Shown: piece after piece, positions 49,462 to 59,349 of the stretch | How positions within the stretch are numbered: the stretch's first letter is position 1 | Layout: every line of letters starts with the position of its first letter | NCBI GenBank assembly: GCA_044221725.1 | Contig: JBGAON010000003.1 | Coordinates: 128,001 to 192,000, forward strand | Source of the DNA: Elusimicrobiota bacterium | GTDB lineage: Bacteria > Elusimicrobiota > Elusimicrobia > F11 | DNA length: 64,000 bases | Reading direction: 5' to 3' | The notes under the pieces: generated by a model | Seen by the model: only the letters and a program-made list of their open reading frames with translations | The model's database searches: none | Told to the model about the DNA's origin: nothing | Position numbers and translations under genes: made by a program

Positions 49462-50258
49462 TGAGGGTTGGTGAAGTGAAGTTTCACAAGGCACGCGTTT
49501 TTCTTCCGAGCGTCTTCACGGTCGGTAACATGGCCATGGGCTTTTATGCGATTTTGGCGGCGTTCGAAGGTCGCTGGATTGCCGCGCCCACCGCCGTTTT
49601 TATCGGACATATCCTGGATATTCTCGATGGCCGCGTCGCTCGCTGGTTCAATATGACGAGCCGCTTCGGTGGTGAATTTGATTCGTTTGCAGACTGGGTT
49701 TCCTTTGGTATCGCACCAGCGATCATGGTTTATCTGCTTGCTCTAAAGGAATTCGGAAAAGCGGGTTTTCTGTTGGTTTTTCTGTTCGTCTTGTGCGGCG
49801 CGCTTCGTCTTACGCGGTTCAATCTGAAATCGTTTGAAGCGGAAGATGCACACGCTCCATCGAGTCCGAATTTTAGTGGTCTGCCAATTCCGGTCGCCGG
49901 CGGTTTTATTGCGGTGCTCGTGCTTCTGTTTGGATTGTCGGAAAGCGGGCATCAGGGACGCACCATGAACCTTATTTATTATCAGGTTCCGTACTTGCGC
50001 GAAGCGATTCCTCTTATTGTGTTTGGATTATCGCTGCTCATGGTTTCAAAGGTTCAGTACGTCTCCTTCAAGAAAACACATTTCTTCCGTCCGCAGTCGC
50101 TGCCCACGTTTATGGTCACGGTGTTTGTGTTTTTCATGATTTACATGTATCCGCAAAACACAATTTTTATTCTTTACTCCTCTTATATTCTGTGGGGGCT
50201 CATCATCACGTTGTGGCGCTCCACGAAAGTTCGGCCAAAGGAATCCAATCCGTCGTGA
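49461..50258 (+). CDS. pssA: CDP-diacylglycerol--serine O-phosphatidyltransferase
   Basis: DILDGRVAR...FGGEFDSFADWVSFGIAPA, LRLTRFN, FSGLP.P. Confidence 0.92.
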   Translation: MRVGEVKFHKARVFLPSVFTVGNMAMGFYAILAAFEGRWIAAPTAVFIGHILDILDGRVARWFNMTSRFGGEFDSFADWVSFGIAPAIMVYLLALKEFGKAGFLLVFLFVLCGALRLTRFNLKSFEAEDAHAPSSPNFSGLPIPVAGGFIAVLVLLFGLSESGHQGRTMNLIYYQVPYLREAIPLIVFGLSLLMVSKVQYVSFKKTHFFRPQSLPTFMVTVFVFFMIYMYPQNTIFILYSSYILWGLIITLWRSTKVRPKESNPS

Positions 50259-51814
50259 GCAACAAGGCAAATCGCCTCATTATTTTTGATACCACGCTGC
50301 GGGACGGCGAACAGTCCCCGGGCGCCAGTCTCAACATTGAAGAGAAGATTGAGGTTGCCCATCAACTCGCGCGCTTAAACGTTGATGTTATTGAAGGCGG
50401 CTTCCCGATCACGAGCCCGGGCGATTTTGAAGCGGTCTCACAGATGGCCAAGAAAGTTAAAGGTCCCGAAATTTGTGGCCTCGCGCGTTGCGTGAAAAAA
50501 GACATCGACGCCGCGTGGGAAGCCGTCAAACATTCGAAGAAACCGCGTATCCACGTGTTTCTCGCGACAAGCGACATTCACATGGAGAAAAAACTAAAGA
50601 TGACGCGTCAGCAGGTGTTGGACCGCATCGCTGAAATGGTTGCCTACGCCTGCAAGTTTACTGGGAATGTTGATTTCTCTCCCGAAGATGCCGTGCGCAC
50701 CGATTTTCCGTTTCTCGTTCAGGCGGTAAAAACCGCGATCGAAGCTGGTGCGCGCACAATCAATGTGCCGGACACCGTCGGATATGCGATCCCCTTCGAG
50801 TTCGGAGGAATGATTAAGCGTTTGGTCACCGAGACCCCCGGAGCGGACAAAGCGATTTTTTCCGTCCACTGTCACAACGACTTGGGATTGGCTGTCTCAA
50901 ATTCATTGGCGGCGGTTCGAAATGGTGCGCTGCAGGTTGAGTGCACCATAAACGGTATCGGCGAGCGCGCTGGCAACGCTTCGCTTGAAGAAATTGTTAT
51001 GGCGCTCGCGACACGCAAAGATTTTTTCAATTTGGAAACGAATATTAAGACGGAGGAAATTTATCGAACGAGCCGTCTCGTTTCACGACTGACCGGAATG
51101 GCGGTTCAGCCGAACAAAGCCATCGTGGGCGCGAACGCGTTTGCGCACGAGTCCGGCATTCATCAAGATGGCGTGATTAAACATCGCCAGACGTATGAAA
51201 TCATGACACCCGAGTCGGTGGGCGTTCCGTCATCACAGATTATTCTCGGTAAATTGTCTGGGCGAAATGCGTTGCAGAAGCGCATGAAAGAGTTGGGGTA
51301 TGATCTCGACGGCAAACCGCTCGACGATTTTTTCGAACAGTTCAAGCAATTGTCCGACAAGAAAAAATACGTGTTTGATGAAGATTTGCTCACGTTGATT
51401 GAGGAGAAGGATGGCGCGGCTGCCGACCGCTACAAGTTGGAATATTTACAGACAAGTTCAGGAACTGGCGTCGTTCCAACGGCCACCGTACGTGTCTCGT
51501 TTAAGGGACAGCTATTTCAAGAGGCCGCGTGCGGCGATGGCCCCGTCGATGCTGTGTACAAAGCGATCGATAAGATCACAAAAATCGAGGTAAAACTTTT
51601 AGATTATAAACTGGCCGCTGTTTCCGGCGGAAAAGACGCGCAAGGCGAAGTGACAGTGCAGTTGGAAACGAAGTACGGATCGACGGTTCGTGGGAAAGGT
51701 GCTTCGACGGATATTATTGAGGCCAGTGCGAAGGCTTATCTATCAGCGGTGAACCGCGTCGAGGCAAAACGAACGGCAAAGCCGGCGGTTGATGCCCGTG
51801 TGGAAAAGGTTTAA
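50255..51814 (+). CDS. leuA: 2-isopropylmalate synthase
   Basis: DTTLRDGEQSPG, HCHNDLG, GERAGN, HESGIHQDG, GDGPVDA regulatory domain. Confidence 0.96.
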   Translation: MSNKANRLIIFDTTLRDGEQSPGASLNIEEKIEVAHQLARLNVDVIEGGFPITSPGDFEAVSQMAKKVKGPEICGLARCVKKDIDAAWEAVKHSKKPRIHVFLATSDIHMEKKLKMTRQQVLDRIAEMVAYACKFTGNVDFSPEDAVRTDFPFLVQAVKTAIEAGARTINVPDTVGYAIPFEFGGMIKRLVTETPGADKAIFSVHCHNDLGLAVSNSLAAVRNGALQVECTINGIGERAGNASLEEIVMALATRKDFFNLETNIKTEEIYRTSRLVSRLTGMAVQPNKAIVGANAFAHESGIHQDGVIKHRQTYEIMTPESVGVPSSQIILGKLSGRNALQKRMKELGYDLDGKPLDDFFEQFKQLSDKKKYVFDEDLLTLIEEKDGAAADRYKLEYLQTSSGTGVVPTATVRVSFKGQLFQEAACGDGPVDAVYKAIDKITKIEVKLLDYKLAAVSGGKDAQGEVTVQLETKYGSTVRGKGASTDIIEASAKAYLSAVNRVEAKRTAKPAVDARVEKV

Positions 51815-52323
51815 TGGCCCGTCTTGTTCCGAAAGCCACTCCGGATGATGCGTGGAAGCAGTTATCACCAAACCGCGACTACGCGGTGTTGTGCAATCCT
51901 CAGGACACAATCTATTTTCGCTTTGGTCAGGGGCGAAGCATGTTTATGTCGCTCGAACCTTCGGCGACGGTTCGAACACTGAACAGTATCGATTTTGAAA
52001 ATGGCGAGCCCGCGCTTATAGCGAAGCTCAATCCCGATGAGAAAAATGTGCTGGGACGTACAAGCGACTGCTCCGTGAAAGTGATGCATGCGATCATATC
52101 GCGCCAACATTTGGAAATGATGCTGAAAGGCAACGTGCTCATCGTGCGGGATTTGGGTTCGACGAACGGAAGTTACATCAGTGTTCACAACAAACATTTT
52201 GATATCGAAGAATATTTGCAGGCACACCCATTGAAAGAAGCGCAAGAAAGCACAATGGATTGGGTCCATGAAGCGTTCGGGCCCGACATCGATACGTTTT
52301 TAAAAAATTACTCTGAGAAATAA
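51814..52323 (+). CDS. FHA domain protein
   Basis: LGR...ISRQH...DLGSTNGS phosphothreonine-binding motifs. Confidence 0.85.
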   Translation: MARLVPKATPDDAWKQLSPNRDYAVLCNPQDTIYFRFGQGRSMFMSLEPSATVRTLNSIDFENGEPALIAKLNPDEKNVLGRTSDCSVKVMHAIISRQHLEMMLKGNVLIVRDLGSTNGSYISVHNKHFDIEEYLQAHPLKEAQESTMDWVHEAFGPDIDTFLKNYSEK

Positions 52324-52335
52324 AGGAAATTGATT

Positions 52336-53445
52336 ATGTCATCCGCCACCATGAGCGCCAAAACAAGTTCAAAATCAAAAGAGCCAAAAACCAGTTACAA
52401 GATCGCCGTCATCGGCGGCGATGGAACCGGTCCAGAAGTTGTGCGGGAAGGGTTAAAGGTTCTTAACGCCGCTTCGAAGAAATTTAAATTCAAACTCGAT
52501 TACGTGAACTACGATTTGGGTGGCGAACGTTACAAGAAATCCGGGGAGATTCTTCCTGATGGGACCGTGGATGAACTCCGCAAAATGGATTCCATTTTTC
52601 TCGGCGCCATCGGACATCCCGATGTGAAGCCCGGCATCCTCGAAAAGGGTTTGCTGCTTCGTTTGCGTTTCGAGCTCGATCAATACATCAACCTTCGTCC
52701 GGTGAAACTTTTTCCGAATGTGGAAACACCGCTGGCCAATAAGAGACCGGAAGATATCGATTTTGTGGTGGTTCGCGAAAATACCGAGGGCCTCTATGCG
52801 GGTGCGGGTGGATTTTTGCGTCGCGGCACACCGCACGAAGTGGCGGTTCAAGAGTCGATAAACACGCGGATGGGAGCGGAGCGCTGCCTGCGTTATGCGT
52901 TTGAGTACACGAAGAAACGCAACAAGAAAAACATGCTCACTCTCTGCGGAAAAACCAACGTTTTGACCTATGCGTTTGATTTGTGGGAGCGCGCGTTTCA
53001 TGATGTGGGAAAAGAATATCCGAGCATTAAAATGGATTACGCGCACGTGGACGCGACCTGCATGTGGATGGTGAAAAATCCGGAATACTTTGACGTGATC
53101 GTGACCGACAACATGTTTGGTGACATTATCACCGACTTGGGCGCCATGGTTCAGGGCGGAATGGGCATTGCGGCCGGCGGAAATATTAATCCAGAAGGTG
53201 TTTCAATGTTCGAACCCATCGGTGGATCGGCTCCAAAATACACGGGCCGGAATGTAATCAATCCCTTGGCCGCCATTTGTGCCGGCGGAATGATGCTCAC
53301 CGAAATCGGCCAATCGGAAGCAGGCGACGCCGTCGAGGCAGCGGTATACAAAGCACTCGAATCCGGCAAAATAAAAAGCTTGGCCGCCGGGAAAATGGGA
53401 ATGTCCACGACCGAAGTGGGCGACCTCGTCGCTTCTTTGATCTAG
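52336..53445 (+). CDS. leuB: 3-isopropylmalate dehydrogenase
   Basis: [40 protein letters not shown]; start approximate. Confidence 0.92.
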   Translation: MSSATMSAKTSSKSKEPKTSYKIAVIGGDGTGPEVVREGLKVLNAASKKFKFKLDYVNYDLGGERYKKSGEILPDGTVDELRKMDSIFLGAIGHPDVKPGILEKGLLLRLRFELDQYINLRPVKLFPNVETPLANKRPEDIDFVVVRENTEGLYAGAGGFLRRGTPHEVAVQESINTRMGAERCLRYAFEYTKKRNKKNMLTLCGKTNVLTYAFDLWERAFHDVGKEYPSIKMDYAHVDATCMWMVKNPEYFDVIVTDNMFGDIITDLGAMVQGGMGIAAGGNINPEGVSMFEPIGGSAPKYTGRNVINPLAAICAGGMMLTEIGQSEAGDAVEAAVYKALESGKIKSLAAGKMGMSTTEVGDLVASLI

Positions 53446-54476
53446 GAGACTTTTAAAAGAACCTTTCCGGTCTGCTGTTTGCCTTCGACGTAATCGTGGG
53501 CGGTGGCCGCTTCTTCCAAGGGATAAATTTTGTCGACCGTGGGCGAAATTTCTCCCTTAAAGACGACGTTGCAAAGATCCTGAAATTCGCGCTGCGTTCC
53601 TAAGTAGGCGCCGTGGATACTCAAATCGCGACTGAACACGTATCGCAAATCAAGCGTTGCGGTTGGTCCCGTCGTGGCGCCGCAGGTTACGAGCCGGCCG
53701 TAGCGCGCGAGTGACTTCACGCTTTTCTCCCATGTCGCCGGGCCAACGTGTTCGACGACAACATTCACGCCGCGTCCGTCGGTGTGCTTGATTGCCCACG
53801 TCGAAAAATCGGAATCTTTTTCCTCGAAGAAAACGTCATCAGCGCCGAGCGATTTGAGCTTGTTCACTTTGTGGCGACTCGTGGTCACCGCAAAAACTTT
53901 AGCGCCTTTCCATTTTGCAATTTGAATCGACGCCGCACCGATTCCACTGCCCGCTCCTAGCACCAACACGCTTTCGCCAGCCGTGAGTTTTGCTTTTCCG
54001 ATAAGCATGTGCCACGCGGTGACATACGCAAGCGGGAATGCGGCGGCTTTTTCGAAGGAAAAATCATCTGGAATTGCGACAACATTCGAGTCGGGCACGG
54101 AAATATATTCGGCGTACGTTCCGTGCCTTTTTGCGCCGAGCATCGCGAAGTTATCGCACTGATTTTCGAGCCCTTTTCGGCACATTGCGCATGTCCCGTC
54201 GCTGACACCAGGGAAAAGCAGCACGCGATCGCCGACACTAACACCTTCGGCGTCTTTTCCGAGCGCCTCAACCGTACCAGCGCCGTCGGCGCCGATGATG
54301 TGAGGGAATTTCACGGGATAGGCCGGGCTCCCTTTGCGAATCCAGATGTCCACGTGGTTAATTCCCGCGAACGCGAGCTTTACCAAAACCTCATTTTCTT
54401 TCGGTTCGGGTCGAGCGATTTCTCCGACGCCTAAAACATCCGGAGCTCCGTGCTGATTTATCAAAATCGCCTTCAT
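53442..54476 (-). CDS. MDR-family zinc-binding dehydrogenase / quinone oxidoreductase
   Basis: PHIIGADGAG, DGTCAMC...C, GAGSGIG, CGATTG, GKVLL; GGAGG SD. Confidence 0.88.
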   Translation of the reverse strand: MKAILINQHGAPDVLGVGEIARPEPKENEVLVKLAFAGINHVDIWIRKGSPAYPVKFPHIIGADGAGTVEALGKDAEGVSVGDRVLLFPGVSDGTCAMCRKGLENQCDNFAMLGAKRHGTYAEYISVPDSNVVAIPDDFSFEKAAAFPLAYVTAWHMLIGKAKLTAGESVLVLGAGSGIGAASIQIAKWKGAKVFAVTTSRHKVNKLKSLGADDVFFEEKDSDFSTWAIKHTDGRGVNVVVEHVGPATWEKSVKSLARYGRLVTCGATTGPTATLDLRYVFSRDLSIHGAYLGTQREFQDLCNVVFKGEISPTVDKIYPLEEAATAHDYVEGKQQTGKVLLKVS

Positions 54477-54562
54477 AAAATCCTCCAAAAATGGGTTGAA
54501 ACCACGCCGCTTCTACCATAAATACGTAGAGAACTTCAGGTTTTGGCCACGCATCGGTGATT

Positions 54563-55501
54563 ATGAGAAAAACGAGTCTAATTTTGGCGGTGTTTATGGT
54601 TTTTCCGGCTATCAGCGAAACACACGCTTGGAGCTGGGATTCTCCCGAAAATGTGATGCCCACATTGCGAGACGATCTCGACCGAGAAATTGCGGCGTAC
54701 CGTCAGCAGGTTTTAAACGGAATGGCTGTGCACGACCGGATCATCGCGCTCGACCGGCTAATTGACAACTACAAACCAATGGGAATAAATGTCGCCGAGC
54801 TTGAAACCGAACGGTCCCGCCTTGTGCTTGAAGAAAAACAGCAACAGTTGCGCACCTCTCAAGCTCAGGATCAAGCGACCATTCTTTTTGAACGCGGTGT
54901 TTCCGAGTACAAAGAAGGTCAATACGAAACCGCGCGTCAAACATTCCTCGAAGCCGAACGTCTTCTCCCTCAAGATTCTGCGATTAAGGAAACGCGTCGA
55001 CGATTGTCGAATGTGACGCCAATTCTCGAAGTCGAAGTCGGAGCCGGAAAAGATTCCCAGCTCATCCGTCTCGCGGTGACTCGTTATCTTGAAAACGATC
55101 CAAAGAGAGCGCTGAACGCATTGATTTACGCAAACGATAAAAAAATAGCGCGACCTGAAATTCCACGTCTTCGTCGTCTCATTGAAACCGATCATCCCGA
55201 AATCGAACCGCCGGCACTTCCAGCCGGTTTGTCGCTCGTGGATCACAAGTTGCAACTCACGCTCGAGGCGATTTACGACGGACGCTACCTGTCGGCCATC
55301 ACCGAGTGCACCGATGTTCTCGATTTGGAACCGACCAACGTAATGGCGCTTACGCGACTGGGGTCCGCTTATTTTGCCATGAACGAGCGCGAGAAAGCCA
55401 AGCAGATTTGGACGAAAGCGCTGCAATATGATCCGAACAACGAAGTTCTGAGAAAATTCTTGTATGGCTCAAAAGGATCTTCCCGTGTTGAAACGCGTTA
55501 A
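54563..55501 (+). CDS. Secreted TPR protein with N-terminal ~50-aa helical domain
   Basis: Signal peptide ending THA; TPR repeats (LFERGVSEYKEGQY...; ALTRLGSAYFAM...WTKALQYDP). Confidence 0.82.
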   Translation: MRKTSLILAVFMVFPAISETHAWSWDSPENVMPTLRDDLDREIAAYRQQVLNGMAVHDRIIALDRLIDNYKPMGINVAELETERSRLVLEEKQQQLRTSQAQDQATILFERGVSEYKEGQYETARQTFLEAERLLPQDSAIKETRRRLSNVTPILEVEVGAGKDSQLIRLAVTRYLENDPKRALNALIYANDKKIARPEIPRLRRLIETDHPEIEPPALPAGLSLVDHKLQLTLEAIYDGRYLSAITECTDVLDLEPTNVMALTRLGSAYFAMNEREKAKQIWTKALQYDPNNEVLRKFLYGSKGSSRVETR

Positions 55502-57194
55502 CCAATATCTTCTGTTCATCGTTTTTTCCGCTGTCGTTCTGCTTGGCGGTTTTGCGAACGCCGAACTTTCGCTCGATAGCGAACGCCTGGATCTTGAAAT
55601 GAGAATGCAAAAGCGCGTGGAAGAAGCGCTTGGAAAAATTTTGCCGGAGGGGCAGTTCGTTGTCGTTATTCGCGTGGAGCCACTCGCCATTAAAGAATCC
55701 ACAAGCAAGAACGAGAAAGACGACAACGGTTTTTATCTGCCCGGTGTGCCCGTGAAAAAAAGTTTCGACTCGACCGGTGAGCAAATGCAAAACCTCGTCG
55801 ACACGCTAAAACCTGAATCAAAAATTTTCCAGCGTTTCATCAAACGCATCCAAGTCACCCTCGTTCTCGATCAGGCGACGGCGGATGATGTTGTGTCGAA
55901 GGTGCGCGAGCTCACGCGTCAAATGCTCAGTCTTGATTCCGAACGGGGCGATACGCTTGATATTCAGAAAACTGCGTTTTCGAAACCCACCGAGGTTCAA
56001 CTTTCGCCAACCGGAATTCTTAAATTGCAGAAAGACTTAAAAAATTACTGGCTGCTCATTCTCCTTGTGCTTGTTATTTTCTGCATCATCGTTTTTTTCT
56101 TGTTCATGTTTGGGCCGCTTCGCGGTTTCTTGAACAACTTCGTGCAAATCTTACCGACGCTCAAATCACAGGAAGCGGCGCGCGTCCGCATGGAGATGCC
56201 ATTTATTCCACCGTACATGAATCCGTACGGTTTGCCGGGACCGAACGGTCCCACCGTGGCCGCAGGAAATGCGGCGTTCTCAGGTTCGTTGCAAGTTGAG
56301 AATCCCAACAAAACCATCCTGCCGTTCGGATTTATTCGGGAAGATCATCTCGGAAATTTGGCAATTTTGTTGGCGCGTGAAGTGCCCGAAAAAGCGGCTG
56401 TCGTGCTCGGCTATTTGCCCCCCGATTGGATCAGCCGTGTACTGGCGCGTTTGGATCAGACAATGCAGTCGGATATTGCTGCTCATCTCGCTACAACCCG
56501 GCAGCTTCTCCCGGAACAAGTGGAAGACATCGAGCAGGATTTAAAACGCCGGCTCGATTATCTCGTGGGCGGGCCGGACCGCATCTTCGCGATTTATGAA
56601 TCACTCGAGCCTGAGGGGCAGAAGCGAATGCTCGATAGTCTTAAGGAATCACGCCCCGAAATTGTCGAAGAGCTTCGGCAACGAACGCTTTTGTTTGAGG
56701 ATCTTGAGCGCTTGGATTCGCCCGCGCTCAAATCTGTTTTGCGTGAAGTGGATTTGCAAACGATTGTGACCAGCTTGAAAGGCGTTACGGAGTCCTTCAA
56801 GACCCGCATCTTGGAACACATGTCCGAGGGCAAGGCAGAGATCGTAAGGCAAGAGCTTGACCTGAGCGACGCCAACGCCGTCGGAAAAGCCACGATGGAA
56901 GCGCAGCGTAAAGTGGTGCTTTTGGCCAAACGCCTTGAGCGCGAGGGACACATCCATATCCCGCACGTGACCGAGGGCGCCCCGCCAACGCGGTTCGGCC
57001 CATCGTTGCGTTCGACGCTCAAGTTGCCACCGGGGCTCAAGATTGACGATACCCTTCCGGTCGAACCGATTTCTTCGGAAACTCCGGCTCCGAAGGACAA
57101 CATCCAAGACCGTATTCGCAAATTTATTAGCCGACGCAACGACGATCGGGCCGAAAGATACCCGACCGACAAGCCGCCAAAAGATAGGAGATAA
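55464..57194 (+). CDS. FliF-FliG fusion protein (ring-building domain, TM helix, FliG middle and C domains)
   Basis: FliF-like LEMRMQKRVEEALGKIL and IKRIQVTLVLD...LDSERGDTLDI; TM helix; FliG-like EVPEKAAVVLGYLP, FEDL..LD, HMSEGKA, EAQRKVV...LEREGHI; start may be the GTG at 55485. Confidence 0.8.
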   Translation: MAQKDLPVLKRVNQYLLFIVFSAVVLLGGFANAELSLDSERLDLEMRMQKRVEEALGKILPEGQFVVVIRVEPLAIKESTSKNEKDDNGFYLPGVPVKKSFDSTGEQMQNLVDTLKPESKIFQRFIKRIQVTLVLDQATADDVVSKVRELTRQMLSLDSERGDTLDIQKTAFSKPTEVQLSPTGILKLQKDLKNYWLLILLVLVIFCIIVFFLFMFGPLRGFLNNFVQILPTLKSQEAARVRMEMPFIPPYMNPYGLPGPNGPTVAAGNAAFSGSLQVENPNKTILPFGFIREDHLGNLAILLAREVPEKAAVVLGYLPPDWISRVLARLDQTMQSDIAAHLATTRQLLPEQVEDIEQDLKRRLDYLVGGPDRIFAIYESLEPEGQKRMLDSLKESRPEIVEELRQRTLLFEDLERLDSPALKSVLREVDLQTIVTSLKGVTESFKTRILEHMSEGKAEIVRQELDLSDANAVGKATMEAQRKVVLLAKRLEREGHIHIPHVTEGAPPTRFGPSLRSTLKLPPGLKIDDTLPVEPISSETPAPKDNIQDRIRKFISRRNDDRAERYPTDKPPKDRR

Positions 57195-57196
57195 CC

Positions 57197-57982
57197 ATGG
57201 ATTTGATGACGCTTCTCGGATGGGTCGTGGGTCTTGGAGCCATTGGATGGGTCCTTCAAGAAGGTGGCACCATTCACTTTTTTGTGAACGTTCGTGCGAT
57301 TGTGTTGGTGTTCGGCGGAACTTTTGGCGCAACGCTGATCACCTATCCGTGGGGAATTTTGAAGCGCATGCCGTCGTCACTTCTTTATTTCATATTCCCT
57401 GGACGTCGCGAGTCGGCGGACAGTTTGATGTCGCGCTTGTTGGCGTTGTCGAATCGCGCGCGTCGGACCGGCATGGAGAGCCTTGATCTCGACATGCGCG
57501 GCACACGCGATCATTTTCTCGCGAATGGTTTAAAAATGATTGCCGACGGATTGCCGCCAAACGTGGTTCGTTCGAATCTCGAGAAGGAAATTTATTTCAT
57601 TCGCTTGCGGCACGCCGAAATTTCAAACGTCTTTAGAAATATGGCCACGTACGCGCCCATTTTTGGTTTGCTGGGAACCTTGGTGGGCGTGGTCGAAGTC
57701 ATGCTAAATCTAACGGATCCGCGCACGATGGGCATGCACATGGCTGTCGCGATGACCGCCACGTTCTACGGAATTTTCGGCGCAAACTTTTTGTTTCTGC
57801 CGGTCGCTGGGAAGCTGCAATCTTATTCGGAGCAAGAAATCTTTCTTAAAGAAGTAACGATCGAAGGAATCTTGTCCATTCAGCGCCAAGAAGTTCCGGC
57901 CATCTTAACCCGTCGCCTGGAGTCCTATCTGAATCGGCGCAGCCGTACACGTATCGCCGATGAACGGAGAGACGCCGCTTGA
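57197..57982 (+). CDS. motA: MotA/PomA-family stator A subunit
   Basis: MDLMTLLG, VFGGTFGA, ARRTG..SLD, FL..GL.MIADG, APIFGLLGTLVG, ATFYG, LPVAGKL, EGILSIQ. Confidence 0.9.
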   Translation: MDLMTLLGWVVGLGAIGWVLQEGGTIHFFVNVRAIVLVFGGTFGATLITYPWGILKRMPSSLLYFIFPGRRESADSLMSRLLALSNRARRTGMESLDLDMRGTRDHFLANGLKMIADGLPPNVVRSNLEKEIYFIRLRHAEISNVFRNMATYAPIFGLLGTLVGVVEVMLNLTDPRTMGMHMAVAMTATFYGIFGANFLFLPVAGKLQSYSEQEIFLKEVTIEGILSIQRQEVPAILTRRLESYLNRRSRTRIADERRDAA

Positions 57983-58635
57983 TTCATCGATTGATTCGTT
58001 TCAAAAACGATTCCCGACTCGAAACTATTTGGCTTACGATTTACGCGGATCTCATCACGAACATGATGCTGGTTTTCCTTGCGTTGTACGGATTAACTGT
58101 AATGGGAGATGACGCGCTCACACGTGCGGTTCAGTCGATGAGCTTGAACGATATTTACTCAATGAAGGAAACCAATCTTGATTTTTCTGATATCGCGCCG
58201 GCCTTGCGGCAGAAATTCAAGCAGCAAGCCGATATAAAGATTACCGAGGAAGTGGGTGTGGTGCACATTGAATTTGGGGAACAAATTCTTTTTGATTCCG
58301 GTCGGGCTGTGCCAAAAGGAAGCGCGATCGAGCCGGTCAGAGTGGTTGCCGATCTGATTAAACCGTTGCCGCACACCATTGTCGTTGAAGGACACACGGA
58401 CTCCAGTCCGTTGCAGCACGGAAATGGTTATCGCGACAATTACGAGCTCTCATTGGCGCGCTCAATGTCCATCGTTAATCTCCTGATCGCCGACGGTATT
58501 CCCGCGGATCAAATTGCCGCGGCTGCGTATGGCGAATATCGTCCGCGGGCTTCCAATAGCACGGCGTTGGGGCGTGGCGTCAATCGTCGGGTGGAGATCG
58601 CACTCTTTAAGGATTTCGGTTATGTCCATCGATGA
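57979..58635 (+). CDS. motB: MotB-family stator B subunit 1
   Basis: WLTIYADLIT TM helix with the conserved Asp; OmpA-like LFDSG, VEGHTD, NYELSLAR, NRRVEI. Confidence 0.85.
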   Translation: MIHRLIRFKNDSRLETIWLTIYADLITNMMLVFLALYGLTVMGDDALTRAVQSMSLNDIYSMKETNLDFSDIAPALRQKFKQQADIKITEEVGVVHIEFGEQILFDSGRAVPKGSAIEPVRVVADLIKPLPHTIVVEGHTDSSPLQHGNGYRDNYELSLARSMSIVNLLIADGIPADQIAAAAYGEYRPRASNSTALGRGVNRRVEIALFKDFGYVHR

Positions 58636-59338
58636 GAACGAAGAGGGATTAGGGGCGTCCGAGCCGCTTCCTCTGTTTGAGGAAGACGACGCAGACGCGC
58701 ATGCGTCCGAAGCCGGTGAGGACGTTGACTCAGAATACATTCTGCGACGGCAACAGCCCGAGCGTCGAGCTCCGCGCCAACTTTGGCTCATTTCCTATTC
58801 GGACTTTATGACAATCCTTATGATTTTCTTTCTCGCAATGTACGGTTATACGTATCTTGCCAAGGCCGCTCTGTTAAAGAATGAAAAGAAAATTTCGAAT
58901 TACTCGCAGTTCACGACGCAGATACAAGAATTGCAGAAATCGCTCGGCAGTCAGCTACGAGTTCAAAACGACGTGGACAAAATCGTGATACAGCTCAGCG
59001 ACAAAATTCTTTTTGCCAGCGGCAGCGCCTCCGTCGAACCGGCCGCCGGGCCCACACTTGAAGAATTGGCCAATTCAATTAAGCTGGTGGACGGTGACGT
59101 CATCGTTCAAGGCCACACCGACAATGTTCCGATTCGTGGCGGTCGTTACAGGTCGAATTGGGAATTGTCAACGGCCCGAGCGTTTTCAGTAATCAAAAGA
59201 TTAACCGAGGCGGGCGTGCCCGCGCAGCGTCTGGCCGCGTGGGGACTTGGAGAGAACAGGCCGATCACGGACAATTTAACGCCCGAGCATCGCGCCGAGA
59301 ACAGACGCATTGAAGTCGTGATTTTGAAGAAGAAGTAA
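58622..59338 (+). CDS. motB: MotB-family stator B subunit 2
   Basis: Acidic N-terminal tail; WLISYSDFMTILMIFF TM helix with Asp; LFASGSA, QGHTDN, NWELSTARA, NRRIEV. Confidence 0.87.
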   Translation: MSIDENEEGLGASEPLPLFEEDDADAHASEAGEDVDSEYILRRQQPERRAPRQLWLISYSDFMTILMIFFLAMYGYTYLAKAALLKNEKKISNYSQFTTQIQELQKSLGSQLRVQNDVDKIVIQLSDKILFASGSASVEPAAGPTLEELANSIKLVDGDVIVQGHTDNVPIRGGRYRSNWELSTARAFSVIKRLTEAGVPAQRLAAWGLGENRPITDNLTPEHRAENRRIEVVILKKK

Positions 59339-59349
59339 AAAGGGGAATT

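Noticed and set aside
48823..50258. psd-pssA inside the ilv-leu operon as a novelty
   Set aside because: I recall the ilvC-psd-pssA-leuA order from other bacteria, so it was not counted as new.
57197..59338. Zorya (ZorAB) defence or ExbBD/TolQR
   Set aside because: The A subunit lacks the long ZorA tail, no ZorC/D/E is present, the B subunits have OmpA-like MotB domains, and a FliG-like partner is adjacent.
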